Source of the DNA: Moniliella sp. 'wahieum'
Taxonomy: Eukaryota
Length of the DNA: 64,000 nucleotides
Direction: 5' to 3'
NCBI GenBank assembly: GCA_003971905.1
Contig: RSEE01000023.1
Coordinates: forward strand, 620,001 to 684,000
Positions within the stretch are counted from its first letter, which is position 1. Each line of letters opens with the position of its first letter. Both the position numbers and the translations under genes were made by a program. A model generated the notes under the pieces. That model worked only from the letters and a program-made list of their open reading frames with translations. It made no database searches and was not told where the DNA came from. Shown here in pieces: positions 23,939 through 38,101 of the stretch.

Positions 23939-26900
23939 ATGTACGTTGCAACCCCCCCCCTCCCCAGCAGCCCCGTGGCGACAGGCGGGTCCATGAATGC
24001 TGACTGCCATGCCCTTCGCCAGCCTTTTGCTCCGCCTGCCCTCATCCGTCCACTCCATCCCATCTCCCGAGGGGAGCATTCGTTCTCTTCCCCTCAACCG
24101 CTCCCACTTTTCACCCTCCTTCCCCCCGAGCCCTTTCCCCTTGGTCCCAAAATGCAACCTGATAACCGCACACCCTTTCCACATGCACCAGCCTCCGCCG
24201 GCACTCGTCGCGCCCCCAGCGCACCAATCCAATCCCGGCCCGCCTTCGTTAGCGTTGGACCCCGACTCGGATTCGGCTCCTGGCTCGCGCCACCCAGACG
24301 ACTCGACCTTGTCACAGCGCACCATCCCGCCCCGATCGAACCGCACTCCATTTTTCCAATGCTTCGGCACCGTAGCTTGGCGAAAGACAGCACCCGCCAA
24401 CGAATCAAGAGCACCTTGTCCGCTCACTCCTCTGCCGGCTCCGTTCCACCACCGTCGGCCCCAAGTTCGAGCTCTATGACGAGCCACGAGCATGCGACAG
24501 AGTCGATGGAGGAGGAGCTGGATACGGTGCCCATCACGACCATACTGACCGCCTCCTCGTCCAACTCCTCCCTCTCGTACCTTACCCTCCCAGGAGGACG
24601 CAATGCGGTGAGTGCGCCCATCGTCCCCAACAGTGCCTCTTCGCTGGACCAGGGGCGGGGGGTAGTTCGAAACATCACAAGTTCCATATCGCGTCTTTTT
24701 GGGCGTCGTGGCAAGCAGCATGGATCTGTGGCATCAATGGGAGGTAACTCTTCTCGCAATGGCAATACAGGCCCGCCTTCGCTTCCTGAATTGCACCAGT
24801 CCATATCCACGCCCTCACTCGAGGGTGCTAAGCGGAGCAGGAACAAAGTCAATACGCCCTCGGTCCGAACGACCGCAATTGCTGCCGCATTCGGCATGCC
24901 TACCAGCGTTGGTCTTGACGTTGAACTAGAGGACGCAGAACGCGCAAGGGCTGCGCCCGCTGCGCCCCCCACGCCCACTTCCCAAGCTACGTCGTTTTCC
25001 TCCATGGCCCAGCCCCCGAGGGTTCAGCTGCTTCCAGCCAACCTCTACTCAAACCGGCAAGCAAGCCGCAACTCAGCTCCCGGGGCAACCCTTCCAATCC
25101 TCCATCGACTTTGGAAAGTGGTCATGGGACGCCTGCCGTAACTTCAGAACCCTCTCAGGCTCCGCTTCCTTCCTCGGCGGCCACTTCCTCCATCCCTCCC
25201 ATCTCCACCCCTCCTACCCCTGCATCTTCGACGCTCCCACCAAGGCGCACCTTTGTCTCGGGCCACGCTTCAAAGGAGTCGGCGTCCTTGCTGGCGCAAA
25301 GCTCATCTGCCATGCCTCACCCCCCGCCAAGTGTCAAGCTCTCTGGCGACGTGTCCCAGCCGAATCCACTACGCCCGACCTGGCAATCTTGCCCGCGAAA
25401 ACTGCGTCGGGTGAAACTCGGTGGCGATCCAACTCGGAGTCGCGACCTTCAGCTTTTTCCCACAGACGCTTCGCCAGGCTCATCCGTCGTCCGTCGCGCC
25501 AATCCGCATCACGCATATCCCCTCGCACGTCTACGGCCCACATTGAAGCAGTTCGCTTACCTAGCTTCTCCCTCCCCTCGTCGGGAAACCGGGACCAGGT
25601 CTTTGTCGCTTCTCCTTCAACCGTTCCGGGTCCAGGCTTTGCCGGTCCATCCAGGGCTGGGAACAGACACTCTTCCATTCCTGACACTGCACTCTCCGTG
25701 TGGCCCAGGGAACGGGCCCAACCAGCTCGGTCAAAGACATGTCTACCTCCCCAGGATCCGGAGCAACGGACCCACTAGGGCGCGGACCTTCCAATTGGTC
25801 CGCTCCGCCCAGTTGGGCGGTCGAACCGGTCGGCGGGACCAGTGGAAACGGACCATCCTCCCTTGGCAAAGTCACCGGCACTTCCAACTGGATCGCGCCC
25901 CCATCCTGGGCGGTCGAGGGGGAGATGCAAGGACAACGGCGATCAACCTCTTTCAGTTCTGCGTCTGTCCCAGCGGGCGAGCCCACGGCCACGGGCACAT
26001 CCACCTGGATGGCGCCGGACTCGTGGGCCGTTCAAGCGGAGCAAGGCGCTCGTGAATCGGGTGACTCGGACGAGGAAGACTTGTCTCGGCCCCTTGAATC
26101 ATTGGACCTCGCTAGCGGCTCCCGTCTGGATCCTGCCTCTGGGCGGGCCAACGGGCTGCCGGCTCACCTCTCAATCCTGGCCACCGCTCCCGTCGGCCTG
26201 TGTCCTTCGGATGGGATACGTTGAGTTCGCTTGCGCCCCGTCCAGATCCACGTCACGACCCATCTGGACAAAGCCCTTCGCACGACCGACTTGGCGGGGA
26301 CCGCACTGGGTTCGAACCAGAGCCTGACCTGCCAGGTCCCGCCGTCTTGCCCTCGGGCCTAGACCGCGGCGTGATGCCGACGCCCCCCCTATCTCAGTGC
26401 AGCACGCCCACATCCTCGTTTCCTCTCTCCCATGAGTCGGGCTCGATCCGCCGTTCATCAAATGCTGCCTCGACGGCCCCAGGCCGCTCGGTCGACACGA
26501 TCGAAGAGGTGATGGGCCCGCTTCGCCGGCCCAGGCTACCCGGTCGCGCGGACGGACGGAATCGCCGTCTCGTCCCGGCTCGCCCGACCGCTCCCTCTCT
26601 CGGCTGCGCCGCAAAGAGGAATCGGATGAAACAGGGACACGAACGAGTACGTGGACGGATGCGCGTGCAGATGCCGGCAGCTTGGCCAAGCTGGCCACCA
26701 AGCCTCGGGTGCCCCCACGCGCCACTACCCCGCGAGCCGCCAGTGGCGCATTCGCAGCTGCTTCCGGAGCTGTAGGAACAGCGGCGTCCCTCTTTGGGCG
26801 GCGTACTGGCTCGCCACGTGTGCCTGGTTTGGGGCGGTGCCATCAGCATCACCATCAACATCACCATCAGCATCACCATCATCGCGATCGAGGGGAGCGG

Positions 26901-29900
26901 GAGCGGGACCATCCAGGGAGCAGCATGGTTGTGGGAGGGACGAGCGACCAGTTACCTGGCCAAGCGGCATCGCGTCCTCCTCATGGTGCATTTGGTAGTA
27001 TCATACAAAATGGGTACGACGCGGCTTCCATTGACTCGCTACCGTCGGCTGATGGGATAAGTACCTTTGCCCCCCAGCCTCAGATGAGGAGGACCTATTA
27101 AGCTTGTACCGACATATTGCCCACGTCAAGGAACCCATCGTCGGCTAGGTCGCTCTTCCGGTCCAGCTTCCAATGCGAACGCATCGGATGCTGCTTCTAC
27201 ATCGAATCGGTTGACGGACCTCAACTTGGTCCGCATTACCGTCCTGACGGAACCTTTGCCACGCTCCGTCTCACGCTGCAAGATACAGCGGCCGAGTGCA
27301 AGGCCATCATCTCACGCAAGGTGTCGTTCATGTCGGCTACCACGTCGGCGTGCCGTCTCTTTGTTAGAGACAAGGGTGCCGGTAAGTCTGGCTCCTGTTT
27401 TGTCCGAGTGTGTACTGACCCGTGTGGGACTGAAAGAACGCCCATTGGGCCCCAACGAGAAGCCTGCGATGATTCAGCGCCGACGTCTGATCCAAGCTGG
27501 GTACAACGACTCGGACGGACTGGAGGATCTGAGCAAGGAAGACCTTTCCTACTTTATCAAATTTATTTACCGCCCTGACATTGTCCCCGGGTTCGATTCG
27601 GAAAGCTTTGGGAACTACAAGGCACGCTATGCTCATCTCGACTTGCACAGTCGCAATCTGGAGATGGTCCCCATCTTTCTCTACCGACATGCCGACTGGA
27701 TTGTCTCTCTGGACTTGTCGGGCAATCCAATGTCGGATGTTCCGGCGGACTTTGTCCAGATGTGCACGCACCTCCGCCGCCTTCGCCTCGCCAACTTGGC
27801 ACTCAAACGGATTCCCCCGGGGGTGCGTGTTTCGTCGTCGCTTACCCATCTCGACCTGAGCAGCAATCGCATCCTCCAGCTCGAACCCTCATTGGAAGGG
27901 TGTCGGGCCCTGCAGTCCATCAACGTGCTCAACAACCGTTTGTATCAATTGCCCCCCTGGATACCAAGAGTAGACACGCTGCGCTCGCTCAACCTGTCCA
28001 ATAATCGCTTTGACACCTTCCCACGCATCGTCTCGGCTCTGTCCAATCTGGCCGAGCTGGATCTTTCGTTCAACAGCATTCGCCAGCTTCCGCCTGAAAT
28101 TGGTCAATTGCAAAGCCTAGAGCAGTTGATTCTGGTGGGCAACTCGATCGAGGACCTGCCGGCTGAGATGGCCCAGCTGGGCACTCTCCACACTATTGAT
28201 TTGTGCCGCAACTTGGTTCACGATGTCAGCATTCTGTTTCACATGCCCCGGATTAATGTGGTCAGGTGCGGCCACAATGCCATTCGTCACTTTTGAGGCG
28301 ACGCTGGGGGAGCGGATGCGGATCCTCGAAGTGGGCCAGAACCCGATGACCAAAGTTTCTCTTGCCGCCCCCTCAACGTCTGATTTGACCAGCCTCAATC
28401 TCAGCTCGACCAACATGGCCCGTCTGGACGAGGGTCTGTTCCGTCTTTTGCCCTCGCTCACCGAACTCGTATTGGATCGTAACCAATTTGTTACCCTTCC
28501 TGATTCGCTGGGCGAGTTGGCTAACTTGGTCGTGTTTAGCTGCAACAACAACAATTTGGCCACTCTGCCCGACTCGATCGGAAACTTGCGCAACTTGTCC
28601 AGGCTCAACATTCAGAACAACAACCTCAAACGCCTTCCTGCCTCGATCTGGAATTGTGCTTCTCTCAAGCACTTGAATGTCACCTCCAATTTACTCGAAG
28701 CATTCCCATTACCACCCTTGGTCCCTGGGCCGTCTGCTGCGACTCCAGCAACCAGCTCCATCTCGTCTAATCCCTGCGATGCAACAACAGGCACTGCCCT
28801 GGCCCCGTTCGAGTCGGATCGGAAAGGTTCCGTTGCTTCGCTTCAGCCCCCCTGGACCGACTGGATGGCCCACTCGGTTGAGGAGGCCCGTCCATTAGCC
28901 AAGAGCTTACGCCAATTCCGAGCTGGCGACAATCATTTGGCCGACGATGTGTTTACCATTCTCCGTCTCTTTAAGCATCTGGAAGTGCTCAACCTGAGCT
29001 TTAACGAGATTTACGAGGTACCGCCCACACCTTGTCCCAGCACAAGCAACTTCAAGAGCTGTACCTGTCTGGAAACAGTCTTGCCAGTGTTCCCGAGGAC
29101 TTGCCAGAGTTGCACAACCTCAAGGTGCTCTTCCTCAATGGCAACAAGCTCCAGACCCTGCCGGCCGAGCTGGGGCAGATGAGCGCGTTGGTCGAGTTGG
29201 ACGTGGGCAACAACAACCTCAAGTACAACATTGCCAACTGGGCGTACGATTGGAACTGGAACAACAACCCCCAGCTGCGCTATTTGAACCTGAGCGGCAA
29301 CCCCCGCTTTGAGATCAAAGCCAAGATCCTTACGATCAACGGTCGCCGCAAGAACATTTCTGACTTTAACGATCTGCGCTCGTTGCGCGTCCTAGGCCTG
29401 ATGGACGTTACCGTCGCCGCGAAATCGACGCCGGACGAGTTGATCAACCGTCGTGTGCGCACCTCCCTCTCCAAGGTGAACCACATGTCCTACGGCATTG
29501 CCGATGCGTTGGGCGACCGAGAGGAGATGAGCACAGTGGATGTGGTGGTACCCATGTTCCGCAAGGTCGAGACAGAGGCACTGCTGGCCATGTTTGACGC
29601 GCGCGGACAAGTATCGTATGGGGGAAGTAAGATCTCTCGCTTCATGGCCGAGGCAATTGCGATCCAGTTTGAGAAGCAGTTGGCGCTCCTGGGTCCCGGA
29701 GGCAATGGTGCGACGGTGGAAGATTGTCTTCGTCGGACCTTTTTGCAACTCAACAGCATCTTTACCGAGCTTCTCTCCGAGGAACCCGAACGCCGCACCT
29801 CCGATCTTGCTTCCGTCGACGCTCTCGAAGACCATCTTCCCACTAAGCAGTTGGATGGGGCGTCCACCCCGGATTGGGCCGAGGGTTGCTCCGCCATCGT

Positions 29901-31754
29901 GGCGTACGTTGCGGACCATACGTTGTACATTGCCAATGCAGGTGATGCACTGGCGGTCCTGTCGCACAATGGCGGTCAAGCCGAGTTGATCGCGACCAAC
30001 CATTCGCCCTTTGACCGAAACGAGACCCAGCGAATCCGTGCGGCCGGGGTGGGTGTCTCTGGACGGCTGTGTGAACGGCAAGTTGGAGGTGTCGCGCGGG
30101 TTTGGGTACTACAATCTCTTCCCCGTGGTCAATGCGGCCCCAGCGGTGCACACGGTGCATCTGTCCGATTCGCACGAGTTTGTGATTATTGCGAATCGGT
30201 CGTTATGGGAGGTTTTGTCCTACCAGACGGCCGTTGACATTGCGCGCATGGAACGGGACGAACCAATGATCGCGGCTCAGCGACTTCGGGACCTCGCCAT
30301 CTCATACGGCGGAGATGAGAGCATCATGGTCATGGTCCTCTCGGTCGCCGACTTGTTTGGCAACCGACGCGGCTTTGATCCGCTCGCCGCCGACGTGATG
30401 CGACGGCAACGCTTTGGTGCTGGCACTAGCTTGCCCGCCGATCGTACCCTCGCCCGCCTCGAACGCGAAATCTCTCCCCCGATTGGTCAGATTGCACTGG
30501 TATTCTCCGACATTAAGAACTCGACCCACCTGTGGGAAACCAACTCGGGCATGCACACAGCCATGCGGATCCACAACACGCTCCTGCGACGACAGTTACG
30601 TACCGTGGCCGGTTTTGAGGCCAAGGTGGAAGGCGATGGCATGATGGTACGTTTCCCAGTCTGGGTTGCTGGGGAGGAGATGATCTGACAAAACATTCTG
30701 TTGGCGGCGCTTTCAGGCTAGTTTTTCGTCGGTTGCAGCCGCATTGTTGTGGTGTTTCAATGTCCAGATTGGTTTGCTGCATGAGGACTGGCCGCAAGAG
30801 TTGCTGGAAAGTGAGGATGGCAAAGAAATCTGTGACGAGCACGGCAACGTGATCTACCGTGGACTCCGTCTCCGCATGGGCATTCATTGGGGCAGTCCCG
30901 TGTGTGAGCCGGATCCGATCACGGGACGGATGGACTACTTTGGTCCGATGGTCAACCGCGCCTCGCGAATCGCCAGTGCGGCCGATGGAGGCCAGATCTT
31001 TGTCAGCAACGACGTGGTGCAAGCGCTGAGCGAAACGATTCGTGCATTTGATAACTCCAACCAGATCCGCGACATGGATGGGGAGGACGAGTATCCCATG
31101 TCCAACGTCAACGTCAATCGCAACGTGATCCTGTTGCGTCGGATGGGCTTTGAGATCACAGAGATTGGATTCCGGCGACTCAAGGGGCTGGAAACGCCCG
31201 AGCTGCTGTACCTCGCCCTCCCGCAGCCGCTTATTGGCCGGTTGAACAGCGATCACACCCTGCCCATCGAGGCCCATCCGGCTCATGTGTTTGAGCCAAC
31301 GGTGCAACTACTCAACGCACGCCAGGTGCACGAGATTGGTCTGCTGTGCTTGCGCGTCGAAGCTCTTAGTAATGGCCATCCCTTCCCGGGTATCATGGCC
31401 ATGCACGGAGGACAAGCCCGGATGCGGTACATTGAGGATGCCGTGACGGCCAAGCCCGAGATTCTGGTTTGCATGATTCACGACGATGCATCGGACAAAG
31501 AGTTGGCCCTGGTCCTGATCCAGCTCACCGTCCGTTTGGCCAACGCGGTGGCCAAGATGACGCTCGACATGGTGGTACGCAACATGCCCCGCCTCACCTC
31601 CTCCCCCGACGCTTCGGGCTGGAATGCGGACATCCCCGTGCCCATCCCCCAGGGCGAGAACGCTGGACAGCCACAGACGGATGCGCTGGGCTTGTCCCTT
31701 GGCGAATTGCAGCACCTCGTACGTCACCTGCAAAGCCTGACCCAACTACTGTAG
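23939..31754 (+). CDS. CYR1: Adenylate cyclase (RA - LRR - PP2C-like - class III catalytic); start uncertain
   Basis: Long low-complexity N-terminus and an RA domain (RPDGTFATL..ERPLGPNEKP). LRRs span about 27600-29400, including LKYNIANWAYDWNWN. PP2C-like LYIANAGDALAVL. Cyclase motifs LVFSDIKNSTHLWE, KVEGD, LRMGIHWG and MDYFGPMVNRASRI. Introns at 27382-27436 and 30647-30716. Confidence 0.97.
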
Positions 31755-32525
31755 CTCAGGGCGCGTCTCTGCGCCCTAAAAAAAACAAGATTCACGACCT
31801 GCACATCCTATTTATCCTCCCGTCTTTCGGTGCTTCCTCTCTTGCTCCGTTGCTCCCAGCACCCTTTCCGTTCGTCCTTGCCCTGCGTGTTTGCTTGCGC
31901 GTGTTGTCGCCTGTGCGGGGTCTGGGGCGCGGCTGCAGCCTTGGTTGCGCACAACAGAACGGGTTCTAGTCCCCTCTTGTCGACGCATCATCTTTCTCAC
32001 ACCTATTCTTCATTCATTCGTCATTGCTGCTCACATCGTCTGCGTGGACAGGACACAGACCTGTCGTAGTAGCTCATATCTCTCGCCTCAGGACCCACGG
32101 ACTCACGCGTCCGCCCTGCGTTCATCGTTGCAAAAGCGGCGGCACTGCTGCCCACGCTGTCGGAGTGCAAGAGCACACCAGCACAGGGCCTGTGTGGGGC
32201 GTGCTCGCGTCTGCAATGGGATGAGGCCGGGGTCCCGCCCCCGGCGCCATGGGGGCAGTGTGGCTTTTTGTGCCTGTGCGCTCGCGTAGCCAAAATTGGA
32301 GCTGCCTACTATTATAGACCTCTGTCCTCGGTAACGTCGCAAAAGACGGCAAAGCTACTAGGATTCGTATACTGCCGCTAGAGCTGTTACTTGCAGAGGG
32401 CGCTTGGATGCATCTGGTGCATCTTTCCGCCACCACCACTACGGGTACCACTACGCTCCCCCGCAGTTCGTCTTTTCTCGCTTTCCCGTCTCGTCTCGCT
32501 CCTTGCCTTCCCATCCGTCCCCACC

Positions 32526-33359
32526 ATGCCCCCCGACGACACCTCGGCATGCAGCCACGGCAAAGAGGGGCCCACCCCCCCTCTCAACGACCGTCTGCAC
32601 ACGCCCCTTTTATTCATCTACAACGAGGTGCAGGAGCTTAAGCGCAAGACCTCCCAGCTCGAAGCCAAGCTCGACTCGCTGACCACAGCTCCACGCCCAG
32701 CATCCATGCTCATTGGTAATTCTGCATCTGTGCTCCGTCGTCAGTTGACTGGAGGTGGGATTCAAGGGGATCTCACCAGGCCAAGCAAGATCCCCGACGC
32801 CCGTCCCAGCACAAAGGGGTCCCCTATTACCTTTGCGGAGGCAGTATCCTTTATGAGCAGCACCTCCACCACTAGTATTACGACTTGTAACTTCCCCAAG
32901 GATGGGTTGGGCGTTCCCGTCAGCAAAAAGACGCTACAACGCATTCAAGAGTGGAGCAGTTTTATCCCCATAGCCATACCTGTCATCCTCTCCCCTTACC
33001 TCCACCAGGTACGTTATAGTCACACTGAATGCTGTCCAGGAGGGCTCGGGCTTCCAGCCCCTCATGCCCGGCATTCTCGTATTCGTCTGCGGCCTCTCGA
33101 AATCTACAATGTTATTGACAATCTGATCGTCATGTCCGACATGAAGGCCACTGCGATCCGGACAACAACCAGTGAGTTTGTTTGCCAACATGGACTCCCA
33201 GACGATCTCCTTCCTCCTGAAGAAGCCCTAGTAGATTCATGTCGGCTATGTTTTATTCTTCACAACAGAATGTGCGCAACAAGGATCTGTGTCAGGTTCA
33301 ATGAGAGCCAAAAAGCACACATTATAGTGAAGAAGTTCCGGGGGAAGGGGGACGACTAA
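32526..33359 (+). CDS. Hypothetical protein (N-terminal coiled coil); possibly degenerate
   Basis: Open frame from MPPDDT with a heptad-like YNEVQELKRKTSQLEAKLDSL. GC content falls toward the 3' end. No family recognised. Confidence 0.4.
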   Translation: MPPDDTSACSHGKEGPTPPLNDRLHTPLLFIYNEVQELKRKTSQLEAKLDSLTTAPRPASMLIGNSASVLRRQLTGGGIQGDLTRPSKIPDARPSTKGSPITFAEAVSFMSSTSTTSITTCNFPKDGLGVPVSKKTLQRIQEWSSFIPIAIPVILSPYLHQVRYSHTECCPGGLGLPAPHARHSRIRLRPLEIYNVIDNLIVMSDMKATAIRTTTSEFVCQHGLPDDLLPPEEALVDSCRLCFILHNRMCATRICVRFNESQKAHIIVKKFRGKGDD

Positions 33360-34442
33360 TATTAAAGGTTGTTCCTTTTTTGTCCCAGCTCTCTTTTCGG
33401 GGCGATTGAGAAGGGCATTGTTGACCTACTCTTTGTTTATTCTACGGCATTTTACCGGCATTGTCGTCGTTCTCCCCTCTTGTCCGTGAACATTGCAGCT
33501 TCGCTCTCTTCATCATAAAGACGTTTTTCCTTTTTGTATTAGAGGGATCCATCACCTTCGTGACATGGATGTTTTGACCGTGTACTATGATTGCCTTCTT
33601 TGTGGCATCTTGCTGAGCAGCGGACAGGTTCCTCTCCGTTACAGGTATAGTGACCCCTTCGGTGCAGAGGGACTTTTGGCTCTCTTCCTCATATTTTGTA
33701 ATCGCGGGAAGCGTTTGATTACGAATCGTGTTGGTGGAGGAGGGTTAATGAGAGCGCAATCAACGAGAGAGGCTACGAGTACTGAGTACTATGATGCGCA
33801 AATGTATTCAGGTGACTAAGACGAGTTGTGAGCGAGAAGCGTCAGATCGGAGCTTGGACGACAACACGTTTTTTTGTGGACACGCCGCTATAGGCTGGCT
33901 GTGCAGGTGTCGTGCGAGTTGTGCTCCCTCCAGTCGGAGTGGGAGGTTGCGGACCCCAGGTCGCCTCAGCCCCAACCGGCTTGCCTCAGGCCTGAGCCCT
34001 GAGCCTCAGGCCTCACCGTCAAATGTCCACGGCAACGTCCTCGGTCTGAAGATGCGTTATTTGAGAAGTCGCCTTGGGCGCTCGGCCCCCAGCACGCTGG
34101 GCTCACCGGTCACCGCTCGTCCTCAGGTGGGTGAGGGGCGGCCGGTGAGGCTGGGCCGGCGGGAGTTGGAGGCAGCGCCTTAGGGGTACGGGGGCACACG
34201 TGACTAGTGACTAGGGCCTCGTTTATCTGTCGCCACCGTTCGAAGCTGGGCTCGGGAGCACACAAGAACACGCCTGCCGCCTTGAACGTTTCATGGCCTT
34301 TTTTCTGGCCGTCACATGCCACATGCCATATGTCAGCTTGCCAGGTGCCGTCGCCCGTCGCAGGGACTTGACGCCGACGAGGACTGCCAGCAACATCCAT
34401 CGGTCGTTGCCACCATCCGCTCTGCCCGTTCTCCCTCGACAA

Positions 34443-36142
34443 CATGGCCACGCTGGGACGACGCAGCATGCCTGGAGAACACTCTCTGCGTGGTTCCGCT
34501 GAGCTCGGTGAACCTGGCTTCCCCGACACGAGCAGCAATTCGTCCAACAGCTCCGACTCCTCTGACCGCGCCTCCTTTGCCCCTCTCGCCTCGGGCCGTA
34601 CCTGACCCCGCAGGCAGCATTGGCCAGCCCCACACGCCCACCCACGTACATGATCCCTACTCCCAGCCTTGTCTGCACATCATGGAGAGAGGCTCAAGAC
34701 GTACTCCTTTGATCATGCGCCGGGGGCGGTGAGCCTGTCTCGCGTGGTCGCCCCCACCGCCGCGCCTCCTCCCGCCATCCGTCGAGTTCCCGACCGTACC
34801 CCCAGCCTTCCAACGATTTCCCTCGACTGCTTCGATTCATTCCATTCTCACTCGCGCCTGGGATCTCTCGTCACATGGACTCGATGCTGGAGGCGACATG
34901 GCGCGACCTGTTTGACAATCCACTCGACGATCTCCTCCACACGGCCTTGCTCAATTTACTGGCGGACCCTACGGTACTGAGTTCGCCCGAAGCCATAAGT
35001 TCAGCGTCAGCCGTGTTGGATGGGCATATGGGCAAGCCATTGGACACCCAGATATTTGACCCCCACCTCCACAACGACATGGATCTCCTCCTGCTAGCCA
35101 TGATGCCGCATCGATATCGGGCCAACCTGGACGGGCATCGGGACGACTGCTTTCGACAGCCACGACGGCTGAAGAGCCAGGCAGGACTGACTATGGATCT
35201 TCAGAAACGCTCCAACCTGACGGGACAGGAAGAGAGCATCGCCATTCGCTCCACTGGACGGCCCAAAGACAGCTAGCCGGATTCAACTACCAATCGGCGT
35301 ATTCTTTACCCAACCCGGTCGCCCCGACCCAGCACCTACAGCTAGGTCGCCAGCTCAGCGCTCGCCGGCCCTCCCACCCCTCAGGTCCCCTCCGGACCAC
35401 CGCGGTCCTCTCCCCCGTCTCAGCTCGAACGCACTACCGTCCTGCCTTACCGATTTCCACGCCCTCAGTCCCGCCTCATGTTGCGCCTGGTACCGTCTTG
35501 CCCGGCCCGATGTACCCAAGCGAGCGGGGGTCGAGCTTTCAGGGCAGTGGGGGCCATACCAGTCGCGGCAATAGCGTCACCTGGACCGCCGGCGGAAGCC
35601 GGAACGCTAGCTTTGGAAGCGGCAATGGCACTGCCAGCCGAGGCGGAAGTAGCACCTGGGCCGCAAGTGGTAGTGGCCCCAGCCTTCACAGCGCAAGTGG
35701 CTCGCCGTCTCGCGGAAACAGCGCCACTTGGGGCGGGACTGGGGAAGATGCGCATCGTGCCAGTTGGAACCGGCCCACGAGCGGCATGGGCGCCAGTCGA
35801 AATGGCAGCACGAGTCACTCCACCGGCCCGAGTTCAGGACCCGAGGTATGTACGACCGAAGCCCGCGAAGCAACTCCAGGCTTTCCGGCGCCAAATGCGA
35901 CGCCCTTGCCTCTCCCCTTGCCTCCCCCCCCGTTACTGGGCCGGGTCAATCGGACCCACGCGTCGTTGCCCGACATTCGCATGTCGAACCGCCCCCGCTT
36001 CTCGAGCCAGCCTACCTTGCTCTCTGGACCGCCGCAGTCGGGACCTTCGGCGCCGCACGCGCCACCCAGCGGCTTTCCCGCAGCCCCTTATGCGTTGCCA
36101 ACACGATCGTGGATGCCCCCGCCTCGAAGCCACATGCGCTAA
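34443..36142 (+). CDS. Hypothetical low-complexity protein
   Basis: Successive plus-strand coding-like segments, including the helical MDSMLEATWRDLFDNPLDDLLHTALLNLL and a Gly/Ser-rich then Pro-rich C-terminus ending TAA 36142. Confidence 0.45.
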
Positions 36143-36849
36143 GTGCCTGTTTGGCTTGCGAGAAAGGGCCTTTGGACACAACCAACGTCAACATTGCTCA
36201 CACTTATTAATAGTCACACGGTGTATTGATGATCGGGCGGCCCCAGCGTCTCAGCACGTGACGCGTGATCCTATGATCACATGGGGTTGCTTTGCCTGGC
36301 AGTAGTTCCTGTGGCATGTGTCAGAGGATGCCTTGGTTCGTACGTAGGCAGGTGTGCGACACTTGGATAGGAAATGGAATGGCAGGGAGTGTGAAGCTAG
36401 TGGCCCGCCTGACCGGCTGACGGAGCTGCGTTGGGTTTTCACTGCGGAGGCTGTCCCGCCCAGTCCGGACCAAGCGGGTGATTTTGGACGATTGTGGATT
36501 CAACTTTAGAATCGGCGCATTCCGTGCTGCCCGTCACTGGTGCAGTCACGGTGACTCTGTCTCCGTCACCGCTACGACGCCTGAGCCTCAGGCCCAAGTC
36601 GATCTGGATATGGCAAGAAGTGCTTGAAGCTGGACCAGGTGGACATGTGGACACGCCACGTCGGCACGATTGGTTGGTTGATCCGTCCCGCGAACGATTG
36701 CCTGATAGCCGATACCATAGCCTCGATAACAGCCGGCGGAAATAGATCGGCCAGCAGCCACCACCAAGCTTAAGCTCAAGCTTCACGTCTTCCAGCTTCC
36801 AGACGCACACCAGACGGACCCACCTCGCCTCGTTGCAGCCGCTACCACC

Positions 36850-38101
36850 ATGTCCTTCCGCGCTATCCCCGAAGACGCTTTCAGCGCCGAGCTGGGCCAG
36901 ACCACCACTGAGGTCTCGTCCAACGCGCTTGGCGGCCGCATCCTTGCCGTCAGCGACGAGTGGTTTGCCCCGGCCACGGACCTGATCAAGCCTGGGCCGG
37001 CAGTGTCGCTCAAGGGCCAATTTGGACCCAACGGCGCTCTTTATGATGGCTGGGAGACCCGTCGTCACAACCCGGCGGTGTGGATTATGCCATTGTCCGA
37101 CTCGGTCCCAAGGCGGGTGCGACCGTGTGCGGATTTGACATTGACACCTCCAACTTCAACGGCAACGAGGCTCCGCCGCCGTCTTTGGTTGGCTCAGCCC
37201 CCTGAGGAGGAAGCAGCCGGTAAACAGATCGCTGCAGACGACCCTAGGGTATGTCGTTTTCCCCGTGCTAGGTTGTGCTTGTGTACTGACCGTTTCCCCT
37301 CCGATTCAGTGGCAGCAATTGCTCCCCGAGGTGCCTTGTGGTCCCTCGCGCCGGCACATCTTTGCCCTCACCGCTCCTTCGTCTACTGTCTTTACCCATG
37401 TGCGGCTCGACTGATCCCCGATGGCGGAATTGCTCGCTTCCGTGTGTATGGCCAGATTGCCCCGCTCTCCCCCGGCTTGGGTACGAGGAACAAGTCGATG
37501 GCCCCGAGGCGGCGCTAGGCGTGCTGGACCTGGCGCATGTGATGAATGGTGGCCGCGTGGTGTACACGTCCGACCAGCACTTTGGCGTGGGCGCGAACGT
37601 GCTCCTGCCGGGTCGGGGCAAGGACATGGGAGATGGATGGGAGACCAAACGTTCCCGCACTCCGGGGCACAAGGACTTTATTGTGATCGCGTTGGGTGAG
37701 GCAGCGTTGCTCTCTTACACGGAGATTGATACGCTGCATTTCCTAGGCAATTTCCCGCAAACCGTCGAGTTGTTTGGCACCTCTCTTCCCGAAGGCACCG
37801 CCTGGCCCGTCGCGCCCGGCGCAGTGAGGGGCAGGCAGAGCAAGCGGCTGGCATTCAGTGGACTCAGCTAGCTCCCCGCACACCCATGGGCCCGGGCAAG
37901 CGGCACTTTGTCCCCTTGGCCCCCGCCGGGCCTATCACCCACGTCAAAGTGGTTATGCATCCGGACGGTGGGATCAAGCGGGTACGGTTGGTGGGCAGGC
38001 GGGCCAAGCCGTTGGCCGGCTACAAGGGCCCGATCCCCTCTGTGCCTGTGCCAGTCAGCCCCGACGCGGAGCCGGCTACGTCGGTACGGTCCGGGCTTTG
38101 A
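36850..38101 (+). CDS. DAL2: Allantoicase
   Basis: Two allantoicase repeats: SDEWFA..YDGWETRRHN..DIDTSNFNGN..PDGGIARFRVYG and SDQHFG..DMGDGWETKRSR..EIDTLHFLGNFP..HPDGGIKRVRLVG. Intron at 37249-37309. Confidence 0.95.

Noticed and set aside
30610..30646. Cyclase motif GFEAKVEGDGMM differs from the usual GYEVKTEGDAFM
   Set aside because: Both metal-binding Asp residues, the adenine-specifying Lys and the catalytic N/R are retained, so the changes look neutral.
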